In this document: one piece after another, positions 40,096 to 50,340 of the stretch | How positions within the stretch are numbered: position 1 is the stretch's first letter | How the letters are laid out: every line of letters begins with the position of its first letter | DNA from: a virus | Lineage: Duplodnaviria > Caudoviricetes | Length of the DNA: 64,000 nucleotides | Strand: one strand, 5' to 3' | IMG/VR virus record: IMGVR_UViG_3300029448_000025 | Location: 653 to 64,652 of that record | The notes under the pieces: generated by a model | Database searches by the model: none | What the model was told of the DNA's origin: nothing | Seen by the model: only the letters and a program-made list of their open reading frames with translations | Program-made: the position numbers and the translations under genes

Positions 40096-41205
40096 TTATG
40101 CTTCGCGCATAAACATGCGAACCTTTTTCATATATTGTAAAGATAAATTATGCACGCAAATTGTTTCGTCGTCATCAAGTTTAGAATCAAACTTTACATC
40201 ATACCCAACAAGACTATCTACGCCACTTTCAAGACCTGTTTTAGTGTATAACTCATCAAATACTTCACCAAGAATTGACGCACCAAGCCTATATGCGTTT
40301 GCATAATTAGTTCCTCTTGTAGTAATAAAAATCAATACTTCATACCTTTGGTCTGTTCTTGCACCTGCTAATGTCAAGAAGTCGGGAGAGGTTGCTTTTT
40401 GAATCAACACATGAACAGAAGGAACGGCGAAGCGGTTAATTAGCGCGCTGTTTGAAAGGTCATATCCATACCGAATACTACCGGATTTGACAAATGATTT
40501 AAGGTAAAGTCTATTGCTATTTTGTAAAATCTCAACAACTTTCATTCCTGTGCGTAAAAGACTATGTGAAATAAAGTCGGACATATCCATTTCATCAGGA
40601 GAGTATGCGCCATGCGGAGTAAAATAAACGGAGTAATAATCAACGGTTCCGCTTGTATTGCCAAAGAAAGCACCCTGCGCAGAAGAAGATGCGCCAGTTA
40701 CCTCAAGGTAATGCTGTGTTGCATCATCATCTTCAATAATTTCACTAATGTAGAGTCTTGCATTACCGCTACTATCGAGAGTCAATCTCAATATAATAGG
40801 AACTGCGTCGTCTTCAATCATGGAGAAGTCGAACCCATTACTTACAACGGTAGTAGCACCAACGAGTTTCACTTTATTCAAACTCCCATCACTTTTAACT
40901 TCGACTTTATGACTCCCATTATCGAGAGTCATAAGGACTGCATCGTTGGATGGCGCAGATTCAATATGGATAGCGCAAATTATGGAGAGGGAATTATCAT
41001 CATTAGCAACGGTTTGTTTCCAAGTTTGACCCCCACTTGATGAAGACACTCTCCAAAAACCCCCTGTATTAGCCACTCCGTCGTCTGTGTGGCCTCCGGT
41101 AAGAGTCCAAGCGGTATTATACTCTGAACTGCCAACAGGAGAAGCAGGGCTACCCCCATTAAGTCTTGCAGTCCAAAAATCATTTTGTTTTGAAACAGCC
41201 ATCAA
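40096..41205 (-). CDS. Tail terminator-like protein with N-terminal lectin-like domain
   Basis: C-terminal PSVHV...YEVLIFI...LGEVFDEL and position before the tube gene; beta-sandwich-like N-terminal half. Confidence 0.5.
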   Translation of the reverse strand: MMAVSKQNDFWTARLNGGSPASPVGSSEYNTAWTLTGGHTDDGVANTGGFWRVSSSSGGQTWKQTVANDDNSLSIICAIHIESAPSNDAVLMTLDNGSHKVEVKSDGSLNKVKLVGATTVVSNGFDFSMIEDDAVPIILRLTLDSSGNARLYISEIIEDDDATQHYLEVTGASSSAQGAFFGNTSGTVDYYSVYFTPHGAYSPDEMDMSDFISHSLLRTGMKVVEILQNSNRLYLKSFVKSGSIRYGYDLSNSALINRFAVPSVHVLIQKATSPDFLTLAGARTDQRYEVLIFITTRGTNYANAYRLGASILGEVFDELYTKTGLESGVDSLVGYDVKFDSKLDDDETICVHNLSLQYMKKVRMFMREA

Positions 41206-41909
41206 TAATCTCTCCTTGCCGACATAGCACCCATTCCTCCAATCATACTTGTTGGGGATGCACCACTTACTTGTCCTGCGGCTTCAACAGTAAATCCTGC
41301 TTCTAATGCCGCACCAAAAATAACTGATTTAGAAGTTGCATAAAAATCATCAGTTATTTGTTTTTGTATTTGAGCCATATAGTCTATTGTTTTGTAAAAT
41401 CCGGGGTGTTGCGCTCTCATTCTCATTCCTGTTGAAACCCAATCTCCCTGACCTGTTGCTTTATACCAGCCAGTGCTTGAGCGAACAACCATAGGTAAAT
41501 TGCCATAATTAAAAGGGTCAATACCTTTTGCAACAATATGCGAAAGTCTTCCTCCCCTTGAACCTAAAACACCTTTTTCGGCATTTCTTAAACCTTTACC
41601 TGTATGTATTCTATGTTCTAATTTTTTTACTTTTTCTACTTGCAAAGCATCAGAAACTTTAGTATGGATATTTTTTGAACTACCTCTAAATATGCGAGAA
41701 GGCGGAACTACAACATCTGCGAGTCCACCTGCTAAAGCCTTGATGTCTTTTTTTGCTTTAATAACTGCTTTTTTAGAAGCAAGGTCAAGTAAATTATCTA
41801 ATCGTCGTTCACCTGCTTTTCCGATAAGGTCAATTGCTTGTCGCAAACCTTTATCGTTTCTTGACATTTTAAAGTCAATATAGGTTCCTCTTCGATTAGT
41901 AGTTTGCAA
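41202..41909 (-). CDS. Neck / tail completion protein (HK97 gp10-like)
   Basis: Basic protein with an HPG motif, in the expected position. Confidence 0.5.
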   Translation of the reverse strand: MQTTNRRGTYIDFKMSRNDKGLRQAIDLIGKAGERRLDNLLDLASKKAVIKAKKDIKALAGGLADVVVPPSRIFRGSSKNIHTKVSDALQVEKVKKLEHRIHTGKGLRNAEKGVLGSRGGRLSHIVAKGIDPFNYGNLPMVVRSSTGWYKATGQGDWVSTGMRMRAQHPGFYKTIDYMAQIQKQITDDFYATSKSVIFGAALEAGFTVEAAGQVSGASPTSMIGGMGAMSARRDY

Positions 41910-42440
41910 TCAAACACTTCCTAAATGAGCCAACCTTTGAAGACAGTGAATCCCTCTATCACGCAATGTTTTTCCACGCAAACCTCCGTCTGCGCCAGTT
42001 TGATGTGTTCCTTCATCTTCAAGATAACCTGCGGCGGCTAAGTCTGCGCAGATTTCACGCAGAATATGCGCATAAGCACCTTCTTGCACTGCTACGCCGC
42101 TTGCGTGGTCGAAAGATACGCCAGTTACGCCGGTTAAATCGTTGGTTGATTTGCCAGTCCATGTAAATGTGTCTCCGTCAATGTTGCCACTCCCCGCAGA
42201 ACTAAAATCAGTTCCGCTTGTTACGGTTATAGTTGTCGCACCTGCCGTTATTGCTCCGTTTAAAGTCGTATCGGCAGTTGATTTACTCGGTTCTGCTCTG
42301 CCAAAATCAAGAAACTCTTGGTCGATGTAAATTGCAGATTGCCTAATATGTCTGTTAATTCTACTTTCTGCTCGAACTCTTTGTTGAGAGTCAAGACCAA
42401 TTCGAGAACCAACATCGGCAACACTACAATAATAAGTCAT
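41910..42440 (-). CDS. Head-tail adaptor with inserted beta domain
   Basis: YCSVADV...I..SA.YID...LREICADLAA...LQRLA adaptor pattern, interrupted by TTLNGAITAGATTITV... Confidence 0.65.
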   Translation of the reverse strand: MTYYCSVADVGSRIGLDSQQRVRAESRINRHIRQSAIYIDQEFLDFGRAEPSKSTADTTLNGAITAGATTITVTSGTDFSSAGSGNIDGDTFTWTGKSTNDLTGVTGVSFDHASGVAVQEGAYAHILREICADLAAAGYLEDEGTHQTGADGGLRGKTLRDRGIHCLQRLAHLGSV

Positions 42441-42441
42441 T

Positions 42442-42750
42442 TTACTTCACCTGTTCTTTTAGTTTTGCGATTAACTCGTCTTTTGTTCCTTTTGCGTCAA
42501 TTCCATGTTCTGCGCAAAGATTCATAACTTCTGATTTGCGCATACGCTTTAGTTTTGAAAGTGAAGGAAGGCTTTTTGCTTCTTCAATACTTTCTTTAAC
42601 ATCATCTACTAAATCAAGTGCTTCATCAAGTGAAATACTACCGTCTGCCATAGCGGAATCATACGCATTGCGCAATTTTTTGTAATGCTTAAGCGCAAAA
42701 CCTATTCCGAATAATCCAACTGCTAAACCTGCTACTATAATTTCATTCAT
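42442..42750 (-). CDS. Membrane-anchored protein with C-terminal SAP/HeH domain
   Basis: N-terminal TM IIVAGLAVGLFGIGFAL; C-terminal LKRMRKSEVMNLCAEHGIDAKGTKDELIAKL. Confidence 0.65.
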   Translation of the reverse strand: MNEIIVAGLAVGLFGIGFALKHYKKLRNAYDSAMADGSISLDEALDLVDDVKESIEEAKSLPSLSKLKRMRKSEVMNLCAEHGIDAKGTKDELIAKLKEQVK

Positions 42751-43101
42751 AATTTTTACCTTCCTTGTATTCAATAGTTATTGCTTTAGATAGCGGAATA
42801 ACCATGAAATGTTGCGTATCGCCATCCCTGTATAAACGGTAGCCATGCGGTGTCTCTTCAATGTTTATGTTTGTATAACAACGCTCAGGAGGTTGATACA
42901 CTATTTTTCCTTTTCTTTTTACCATAATTAACTCTCCAAAAACGCTTTGATTTCATCCGAACTCCAAACAGGCAATCCCGAAGGCCAATTCGGGCCTAAA
43001 TGATATTGCCCCCTAAAGTAATTGAAGCATGTATCGTCATCCATAAACGACCAATTTTCATCGGGGAATCTTGTTTCTAATTTTTCTTTTAATGTCGGCA
43101 T
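42743..43101 (-). CDS. Two small ORFs (42928-43101, 57 aa, possible fibre chaperone; 42743-42925)
   Basis: Coupled to the fibre gene; MPTLKEKLETRFP...W..G.P.W read manually. Confidence 0.5.
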
Positions 43102-45206
43102 CACGCATCACCTAATCTAATTACTTTTACTGATGTTCGGTAGTCGTTATATGCGGCGAGATAAAAACCACACCCATTAAGATAAGCGGAAAAATAAATG
43201 TTTACTGCCGAACCGCCGGTTCTAATTTTTGCTGTTGTTTGGTGATTGTATTTTACTTCAATACCGTTTATTCTAATAACTTTTCTTGTTGTAGCATATC
43301 GTCTGTCGCCACTATTGTTTGTTGATATTTCAATAAAAGAATCAATGTTGGCGGCACTTGTTCCGTGTCCGAAAATATCAGTCGAAAACCACACATCGTA
43401 AATACCATTAGCGGCTAAAGTAAGGTAGCCGTCAGTGTGTAAAACAATACTTGTATGGTCGCTTGCTGTGGTGGCCGCAGTCCAAAAACTTGTATCGGCT
43501 AAATCCGCAACCCATCTTGTGTTGCTGTTAAAGTCATTGCTTGAGGATGTTGAAGGGTTGTGATTAACCATGCGGTATTCGGCAAACTCCAAAAGGTCAA
43601 GTGCGTTTAACTTAGTGTGGTCGTCATCAGTAAATACATTTGAATCAGTTGCGGCTTCAACAGCCGCCCTTACTTCGGCATTACTTAATTGAGTATTAGT
43701 GTCGGCGTGGTTACTTGCGTGTATTGTTCCTGCGCTTGCACCGGCCCAATCAACATGCTCCGCCGCTACAAAATTGTTTAAAGAATCGTGGTCTATTTCT
43801 GCGGGAACTGCAACGGCTGTAATTGTAGTTCCACTGTTTGTTACACCAACTCCATTAGAACCTAAAATAGAAAAATCCGCAGAACCTCCTGTATCTTCGG
43901 CTTTTGAACCACCGCCGCTATCAGTAGTTATTGTTACTCCGGTTATATCTCCTGAGCCACCTCCTGAACCAAGCGTAGTATCGGTTCCTGCATCATTAGT
44001 AAATATAAGTGTGCTTGGTGTTGTATTTTTAACCCAAAGAATGCCCGTTCCTGCGGCGGCGGCAATTGGATGGTCTGCATTTTCTGTTAATTTAATTCCT
44101 TTGTCTGCGTGCAAAGTATTGTCTGCAAAAGAAAGTTCGGTAGAAGTATTCAATGCCGACGCTGTGCTACCAAACGGTATTAGTCCTGCCGCAACTGACT
44201 GCAAACCTGTTCCCCCATCTGCAATATTTAAAGTATGCAATCCTTTGTAAACATAAATGCCATCTGCAATAGGATAAAAACCCCAAGTTCCTCTAATTGT
44301 TGGTTTATTTGTAATATGAAAAGTTCCTCCAAGTGTATTTGAACCGCTAACTCCTGCGCCAACATTTACTGTTAAATCGTTTAAAAAAACGGATGAACCC
44401 GACGCAATGTTTGCTTTGCCCCCAACACCTGCTACGCTTGAATCAATAATCCATTTTTGCCATGTAAAACGACATCCATTATATGTCGAAGTTCCGTTTG
44501 TTGGCAAAACAAAACTACCAGTAAATGCTTGAAAAGTCCATGCCGAATATCCCCCATTAAATGTATTAACGCCGCTATCAACCTGAAACTGTGTTTGCGC
44601 AGTTCCTTGACTTATCCATTCTTTTGCTCTGTCATTAGTAGAAGGAGTTGCGGAAGCAGGGGCAAAAGCGCCGCCTTTTATATGTAAAGTGTAAAACTTT
44701 ACCGCAGTTGCCGTATTTGTTCCAAGTGAAGGTGCGACATAATCAGGAGTATGCGAGCCTGAGTTAATAACTATGTTTGGATATTCACCTGCTTCATATT
44801 TTATTCCTGTTGTAGAACCTGTATAAGTAAAATAAAATAATCTTCTTGCAGTTTCATTTGCAAAAATTGATGTGTCTTTTGCTATACCTATTTGAAAAAA
44901 AGTTTTATTGCTGTTGTATGGTGCTGTTCCTGAAAAAGTAAAAACTCTATCTGCGCTCGCAGTAAAAGCGCCAACTCTTGAACAAGAAAGACCCGTAAGT
45001 GCAATATCACTATTTACTGTAATTACTCCTGTATAAGTTGAAGCAACAGTAATTGTAGAAACTGCGGTTACATCCCATGTGCAATTTTCTACACTTGTAT
45101 TATTAAAAACGACTGTATCACTTGAAGTTGGGGCAGAACCACCACTCCAATTACCATTAGTTGAGGCAGAACCGGCACTCGAAGCAGACCATACTCTTTC
45201 TGCCAC
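43101..45206 (-). CDS. Head/tail fibre or spike protein
   Basis: 701 aa G/S/T-rich; NWSGG..P..D.V.F beta-helix start, GGSGDITGV linker, C-terminal C1q-like beta domain. Confidence 0.7.
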   Translation of the reverse strand: MAERVWSASSAGSASTNGNWSGGSAPTSSDTVVFNNTSVENCTWDVTAVSTITVASTYTGVITVNSDIALTGLSCSRVGAFTASADRVFTFSGTAPYNSNKTFFQIGIAKDTSIFANETARRLFYFTYTGSTTGIKYEAGEYPNIVINSGSHTPDYVAPSLGTNTATAVKFYTLHIKGGAFAPASATPSTNDRAKEWISQGTAQTQFQVDSGVNTFNGGYSAWTFQAFTGSFVLPTNGTSTYNGCRFTWQKWIIDSSVAGVGGKANIASGSSVFLNDLTVNVGAGVSGSNTLGGTFHITNKPTIRGTWGFYPIADGIYVYKGLHTLNIADGGTGLQSVAAGLIPFGSTASALNTSTELSFADNTLHADKGIKLTENADHPIAAAAGTGILWVKNTTPSTLIFTNDAGTDTTLGSGGGSGDITGVTITTDSGGGSKAEDTGGSADFSILGSNGVGVTNSGTTITAVAVPAEIDHDSLNNFVAAEHVDWAGASAGTIHASNHADTNTQLSNAEVRAAVEAATDSNVFTDDDHTKLNALDLLEFAEYRMVNHNPSTSSSNDFNSNTRWVADLADTSFWTAATTASDHTSIVLHTDGYLTLAANGIYDVWFSTDIFGHGTSAANIDSFIEISTNNSGDRRYATTRKVIRINGIEVKYNHQTTAKIRTGGSAVNIYFSAYLNGCGFYLAAYNDYRTSVKVIRLGDA

Positions 45207-45209
45207 TTA

Positions 45210-45593
45210 TCATTCAACCCTTGTATTTGTAAAATCAAGAGCAAAGGCACTTCCGCCGGATTCTCGAATCTGCGCAAACAGTCTTTCTGCTTGCGCTTCA
45301 AACGATTTTAATTGGGCCGACAAACGAATATCTGTTCTTCTTTGCTCAGGTTCCGGCACATAGGAGGGTATTGTATCAATCATTATACGCAGACAATCTA
45401 CGCAAACAAGAAACTTAATTGCAGACTCTTTTTGCGTGTCTGAAACTCCGTCTGATATATTGTAAAGCGTAGTGCTTCTTGACAATTTAGTAATTTCTTC
45501 TGTTCTGATAGTAAGGTATTCTGTAATAGTTGCTTCATTTAAGCCTCTTGGCCTATTTAACAAATCACGGATATTATCAGAAGTAACTACCAT
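45210..45593 (-). CDS. Head completion / connector protein
   Basis: VTSDNIRDLL...L.E.TI..YL pattern, downstream of the capsid gene. Confidence 0.5.
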   Translation of the reverse strand: MVVTSDNIRDLLNRPRGLNEATITEYLTIRTEEITKLSRSTTLYNISDGVSDTQKESAIKFLVCVDCLRIMIDTIPSYVPEPEQRRTDIRLSAQLKSFEAQAERLFAQIRESGGSAFALDFTNTRVE

Positions 45594-45598
45594 TTATT

Positions 45599-46507
45599 TC
45601 ACGCATCCATAGGAATATCAACAAGAGTATATTTTGAGTTGTATTTTGTTCGACCCATAGGCCACATAACACCACTTCTAATAATGTTTTTAGTGTATTC
45701 AGAATCCGGCATCCAAATTACTGCGCCAATAGAAATAGATTCAGGCAAATTATGAGTATGATGATGCGCAGTTTTTATTCTGCGCAAAAGAAACCCTTGC
45801 GGAGAATCCCATGTATTAAAACGGTGCAACATAGCACCTAATGAATCTTCATCAGGCAAAGGAATACCCTTATTCTTTAATGCCTTTGCTACCTGTGCCT
45901 TTGACTTCATTTACTACACTATCCTTTTTCTTCTCTACTTTCTTCGGTGTGGTTTTTGGTGCGCTTTTTGGCGCATCCTCTTGAGAACGAACCCATGCTC
46001 GCATGTCAGGCCCAACTCCGAGAAGACCTTCCGGCCATTCTGTCGGTGAAACTTTTCCGTATTCTTTACACATGGCTTGTAATCGAGCCAAGTCGGTTCT
46101 TGTTCTTGACAAGTATATCACTCCGCAATACAGAGAATAAACTCGCATGGGGCGGTATCTGCTATTAAAGAGACTTTAGCAACAGCAGTCATATCAACAT
46201 CTAAACGAACCATGAAAACACCATTAGGCGCAATCTTCAAAGTGCTTAGAACACCGTCTGAGCCATCCTTTAGAACACAAGTAATAAAGTTTGTTGAATC
46301 ACGGTTTTCAAGGTAAATACCATCACATTGAGCCAAACCGTAATCGCTTGCCAAATAAACAGTAGCACCACTATGAGAAATTGTTCCTGCAATTTTAACT
46401 GCGTCGCCACTTGTAAAAGAAGTGCCGCTTATTGATTCGGTAAAACCGCTTGCGCCATCACCTGCGGCCATCTGAAATGTTGCCGAGACTGTATTATTGC
46501 GTGCCAA
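45599..46507 (-). CDS. Three small virion-module ORFs (46118-46507, 45870-46112, 45599-45910)
   Basis: Coupled ORFs with GAGGTGA/GGAGTGA SD sites and TTG starts. Confidence 0.6.
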
Positions 46508-46518
46508 ACTTAATCACC

Positions 46519-47430
46519 TCAAGCAGTGATGTTTGTAATCTTGCAAATGCGGTCGTTTTTACCATCACCGGCAGTTTGAGTGTCTTGGTGTTCATGGATA
46601 ACAGTTCCCATGTAGCCTGTGAGCATCCAATCATAGCCAACGCCCGGAATCCGAGTCAATTCGGTTTCCATGAATCCGTCGCCGTTGTATGTAAAGAACT
46701 CGGCAGTTTCGCCACCCGGAACAAGAAGCAAACAAGTGTCTGCGAGTCCTGAATCACGGGAGTAGTAAACAGTAATGTTGCCCATTCCTCGGAGGTGTTC
46801 TTGGAGGGATTGAACGACATTGCCGTAAAGAGTTGTTTGAAGCAAAACATTTCGGTGCTTTGCAGGAACAATAAGAGCCAATGGTTCATTACCGGAAACA
46901 CGGGCATTCTCGAAAATCTTATCCATAGCACTAAGGATGTTTCCTTCTGCATCTGCACCTGCGGAATCCCATTCGGAACCTGCGGCAACAGCAACGCTTT
47001 GACCTGCACCTGCAATAAGAGCAGAGATAATGAGGTTGTCAATAACAGTTGCTCGGTTGCGAACAATTGCCATTTGCTGTCGGTCAAGGTTTTCAAAGGA
47101 TTCGCCACGCAAAAGAGTAGAGTCAAGGAAAACACATCGGCCTTGACCCTTCTTCAAGGTAACGCCATAGTTTGCGGTTCCAACCTTTGTTGGGTCTGTA
47201 ACTGAGTTATCATCAAGCGGGTAAGAGAAAGTTCCTTCTGCACCGCTATACCAAGTAAACTCCAACCATCCAACGCTTCGGACACCCACTACTTGAGTTC
47301 CGACTGCGATTGTAGTTGATTGTAGTTCGATAAAGTCGCGAAGGGTTTGTTCAAGCACTGCGTCGCCTGAACTAAATGGCCCTGCGGCGGCTTCGATTGT
47401 TAGTATTTCTTCAAGGGTATTATTAGCCAT
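46519..47430 (-). CDS. Major capsid protein (HK97 fold)
   Basis: ~303 aa after protease and decoration genes; R...IDN.II.AL..GAG, W.....I..A...I, LIVP. Confidence 0.8.
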   Translation of the reverse strand: MANNTLEEILTIEAAAGPFSSGDAVLEQTLRDFIELQSTTIAVGTQVVGVRSVGWLEFTWYSGAEGTFSYPLDDNSVTDPTKVGTANYGVTLKKGQGRCVFLDSTLLRGESFENLDRQQMAIVRNRATVIDNLIISALIAGAGQSVAVAAGSEWDSAGADAEGNILSAMDKIFENARVSGNEPLALIVPAKHRNVLLQTTLYGNVVQSLQEHLRGMGNITVYYSRDSGLADTCLLLVPGGETAEFFTYNGDGFMETELTRIPGVGYDWMLTGYMGTVIHEHQDTQTAGDGKNDRICKITNITA

Positions 47431-47459
47431 ATTATTCATCTCCAATTATTTTTTTATCA

Positions 47460-47912
47460 TCAAGCGATTTCATGCACAGTAGTATTAACTGCGATAAGAG
47501 TTCCCTCTGTATTAGTGGTATCACCTGCACCATTAGCCCCAAGAGCCGCCGTTGCTTCGCCGTTTCCGACATAAACTCCGAGTTTCTTAACAGAAGAACC
47601 GCTTGAATTAGTGGCAAGTCCATTTGCACCTGCGTAAACGACTTGTCCGAGTGTGTAAGTAAGTCCATTGGTTGATTGAACCATTTGAACTCCGCCAAGA
47701 GGATAATAAGAAACAGTTGCTCCTGCGGCTGTTTGCAAAACAAGTGCGGAGTCGCGAGAAGAATCTCCCGCAGTAACTCCGATGCAAACTTCGCTGTTTG
47801 CGACCAAATCAACAGTGTTGTTGGTGCTATCCATTGTAATAAGTTTACCTGCGCCGTAAATTACAGTGCCGGTTTTTAGTGTTGCGCTTCGAGGTTTTGT
47901 ATGCAAATCCAT
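47460..47912 (-). CDS. Capsid decoration / cement protein
   Basis: 150 aa Gly/Ala/Thr-rich with GQVVYAGANG; shares the upstream TTGGAGATGAATAA initiation signal with the MCP gene. Confidence 0.65.
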   Translation of the reverse strand: MDLHTKPRSATLKTGTVIYGAGKLITMDSTNNTVDLVANSEVCIGVTAGDSSRDSALVLQTAAGATVSYYPLGGVQMVQSTNGLTYTLGQVVYAGANGLATNSSGSSVKKLGVYVGNGEATAALGANGAGDTTNTEGTLIAVNTTVHEIA

Positions 47913-47938
47913 TTTATTCATCTCCAATTTTTCTCAAT

Positions 47939-50335
47939 TCAAATGAGTTTCTTATCCCTTGCTTCACGGAAAGTTGGTGCTTGAGTTTCAGAAGCAGATA
48001 GAGTATTGTTCCATCCGTTTGCCCATGCGTTCCATGCTTTTTCATAAAGACTTTCGGGAGTTTTAATTAGTTTGCGGTTAAGGTAGTTTGCTACAACCGG
48101 CTCTGAGGAAAGGTCGGCTTTTTCTGAGGCGACCATTCCCATGTTTGATTCAACAGGTGAAAGTTCTTCAACAACTTCTTCACTTGCAACAGGCATTTTT
48201 GATTCAAAGGATGCAATAATGCTTTCGAGAGTTTCTGATGGCAAAGAGTCAATACCTGCAATTCCGAGTTCAGTTGCTTTTTCTACAAGAGAAAGTCGGA
48301 CTTCTTCTACCTTTGCTTCTTCATCTGCCTTAATTGATTCAAGTTTTGCATCACGCTCTGCGAGAGAAGCCTTAAGTGCTTCGATTTCTGCGGCGTAGTC
48401 AATAGATGGAGTTTCTTCGGCAACAGGTGTTTCGACAACAACCTCTTCCTCGGATGCGATAATGATTTCTTCTTCACTCATGGTAGTCATATCCTTTGCG
48501 ATATTCTGAACAGAATGCGAATGACTATTAAAGCCTTCTTTAGTTTCTGCTATATTTACTCGTTCAACCGATTCTATCTTTGCGCCGGAATAAGCAGGTT
48601 TATGAACAATAGCCAAATGGTCGAATTGAAAATCACTTTCAAACTTCATAACTGCCGAACCATCATCTGCTTCAATAATTTCATCAGGAATACCCGTTCC
48701 TCCAATAGAAACACCATATCCTTCTCTAAGCCAAAGTCCTGATTCAAGAGCCTCAAATAATTCTTTGCGGTGAACATTTGCTTTAAACTTAACATTCCAC
48801 TCGAAACCATCATCAACAATAGAGGCTTCTGAAACAACACCAACTACTGCTTCATCTACTCCGCCATCCATGTTTCGACGGAATCTGCCATTATCTGATT
48901 TAGGATGATTTAAAGTTAAATCTGCACCAACCATTTGAGAAACAGCGAGATTTGCACCTTTGCGTGTAATTTCCCAACCGTTTTTATTTACTCCTTGATG
49001 AAATGCAATACCACTGATGCGAATAACTTGATTGCCTGTTGTTGCATCAACCATAACTTCATCAACTGAAATATCAATATCTAATTGAAATGTAGCCTTA
49101 ACACACTTGCCACCTTGCATTTTGTAGCCAGTTCTGCAAGAGTTGCTGTAACCGCCGCCACCGCCGCCGCCACCGTAGCCTTCAAGTTGTTCTTCTTCGA
49201 TAAACTTATGACCTTCATGTGCGGCCATACATTCTTCTTCGGAGTAACCCATTTCTTGACAACGACTCATATATTCATTATGTGTTTCATCATCGTTTGG
49301 AGTTGGTTCTGCCGCTTCAACAGAACCGCATTTGCCACCACAGCCACAACCGCCCATAACTGTTTCCATCATATTGTCTGTTTTATTAAAGTCTTCTATG
49401 CTTTCAACTTTAGAACCACTTCGCCATTGATAGCAAGACCAATAACCTGCCGTTGTTTTGTCTTTCTTTTCTGCGCAGTTATGCCTATCACGGAATGCTT
49501 TGCGTCGTTTTGGGTCATCACGCTTAATTTCCATATTAGGGTCGCCAAATCGAACAATTATAACTTTACCTGCGGGATTCTTAACATATACCGCAAACTT
49601 CTTTTTTTCTTTAGGAGTTCTAAATGGTTTATTGAGTGTAACTTTGCGACCTTGATATTCTGCGGCACTAAATGCTTCTTCATCCCAGTCTTCAAAGTCT
49701 TCTTCAACACTTGCTCTTGGATGTGATTTAGGCAACAAATCATTGTCTTGTTTGTAGTTTGGGTTGCTTGGTCTGCCGTTGCGCAACAAATACAAGAATG
49801 CTTTAACTCTTGCAATACCCCATCCACCTCTTGACATATTAGGTGCGTGTGAACGAGAAAATGCACCTGCACCTCTTCGATATACAGACTTTAGACGACC
49901 CATGCTTGCTTTTGAACCTTTACCTTTGCTTGAAACCTTTTTGTTATGTTCAGTCATCATTTTGCGCAAACGGGCTTCGGTTTCTTTGCTTACTTTAATT
50001 GAAGTGTTTGGTTTTTTAGCAGAACCGGGCTTATTTTTCTTAGAACCCTTTCTGCGCTCACTTGGTTTAGCAGGAGTTTTGCGTGGGTCGTTTTTCTTTG
50101 GTTTTCCATATTGAAGTGCTTCTACTGTTGCTCCTAATTCTTCTTCTGCATCGGGGTCATTCTTTCGATACCACTTAATGAACTCGTCTTCTGTTTTAGC
50201 AGGAGAATACAACTTTGTTCCGTCTGCAAGTGTTGATTCATGGATTTCTCCATTAAAACCTATTTCTTCGGATTTTTTTTGCGCACCTTCCGGTGTGCGA
50301 AACAAATAATCCTCCATTTTAGATTCTACCAACAT
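47939..50335 (-). CDS. Prohead protease/scaffold fusion with long multidomain N-terminal extension
   Basis: Protease core ISGIAFH.G.NKNG, LNH, VSIG, FDHLAIVHKPAY; acidic coiled-coil C-terminus. Confidence 0.8.
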   Translation of the reverse strand: MLVESKMEDYLFRTPEGAQKKSEEIGFNGEIHESTLADGTKLYSPAKTEDEFIKWYRKNDPDAEEELGATVEALQYGKPKKNDPRKTPAKPSERRKGSKKNKPGSAKKPNTSIKVSKETEARLRKMMTEHNKKVSSKGKGSKASMGRLKSVYRRGAGAFSRSHAPNMSRGGWGIARVKAFLYLLRNGRPSNPNYKQDNDLLPKSHPRASVEEDFEDWDEEAFSAAEYQGRKVTLNKPFRTPKEKKKFAVYVKNPAGKVIIVRFGDPNMEIKRDDPKRRKAFRDRHNCAEKKDKTTAGYWSCYQWRSGSKVESIEDFNKTDNMMETVMGGCGCGGKCGSVEAAEPTPNDDETHNEYMSRCQEMGYSEEECMAAHEGHKFIEEEQLEGYGGGGGGGGYSNSCRTGYKMQGGKCVKATFQLDIDISVDEVMVDATTGNQVIRISGIAFHQGVNKNGWEITRKGANLAVSQMVGADLTLNHPKSDNGRFRRNMDGGVDEAVVGVVSEASIVDDGFEWNVKFKANVHRKELFEALESGLWLREGYGVSIGGTGIPDEIIEADDGSAVMKFESDFQFDHLAIVHKPAYSGAKIESVERVNIAETKEGFNSHSHSVQNIAKDMTTMSEEEIIIASEEEVVVETPVAEETPSIDYAAEIEALKASLAERDAKLESIKADEEAKVEEVRLSLVEKATELGIAGIDSLPSETLESIIASFESKMPVASEEVVEELSPVESNMGMVASEKADLSSEPVVANYLNRKLIKTPESLYEKAWNAWANGWNNTLSASETQAPTFREARDKKLI

Positions 50336-50340
50336 TTAAA

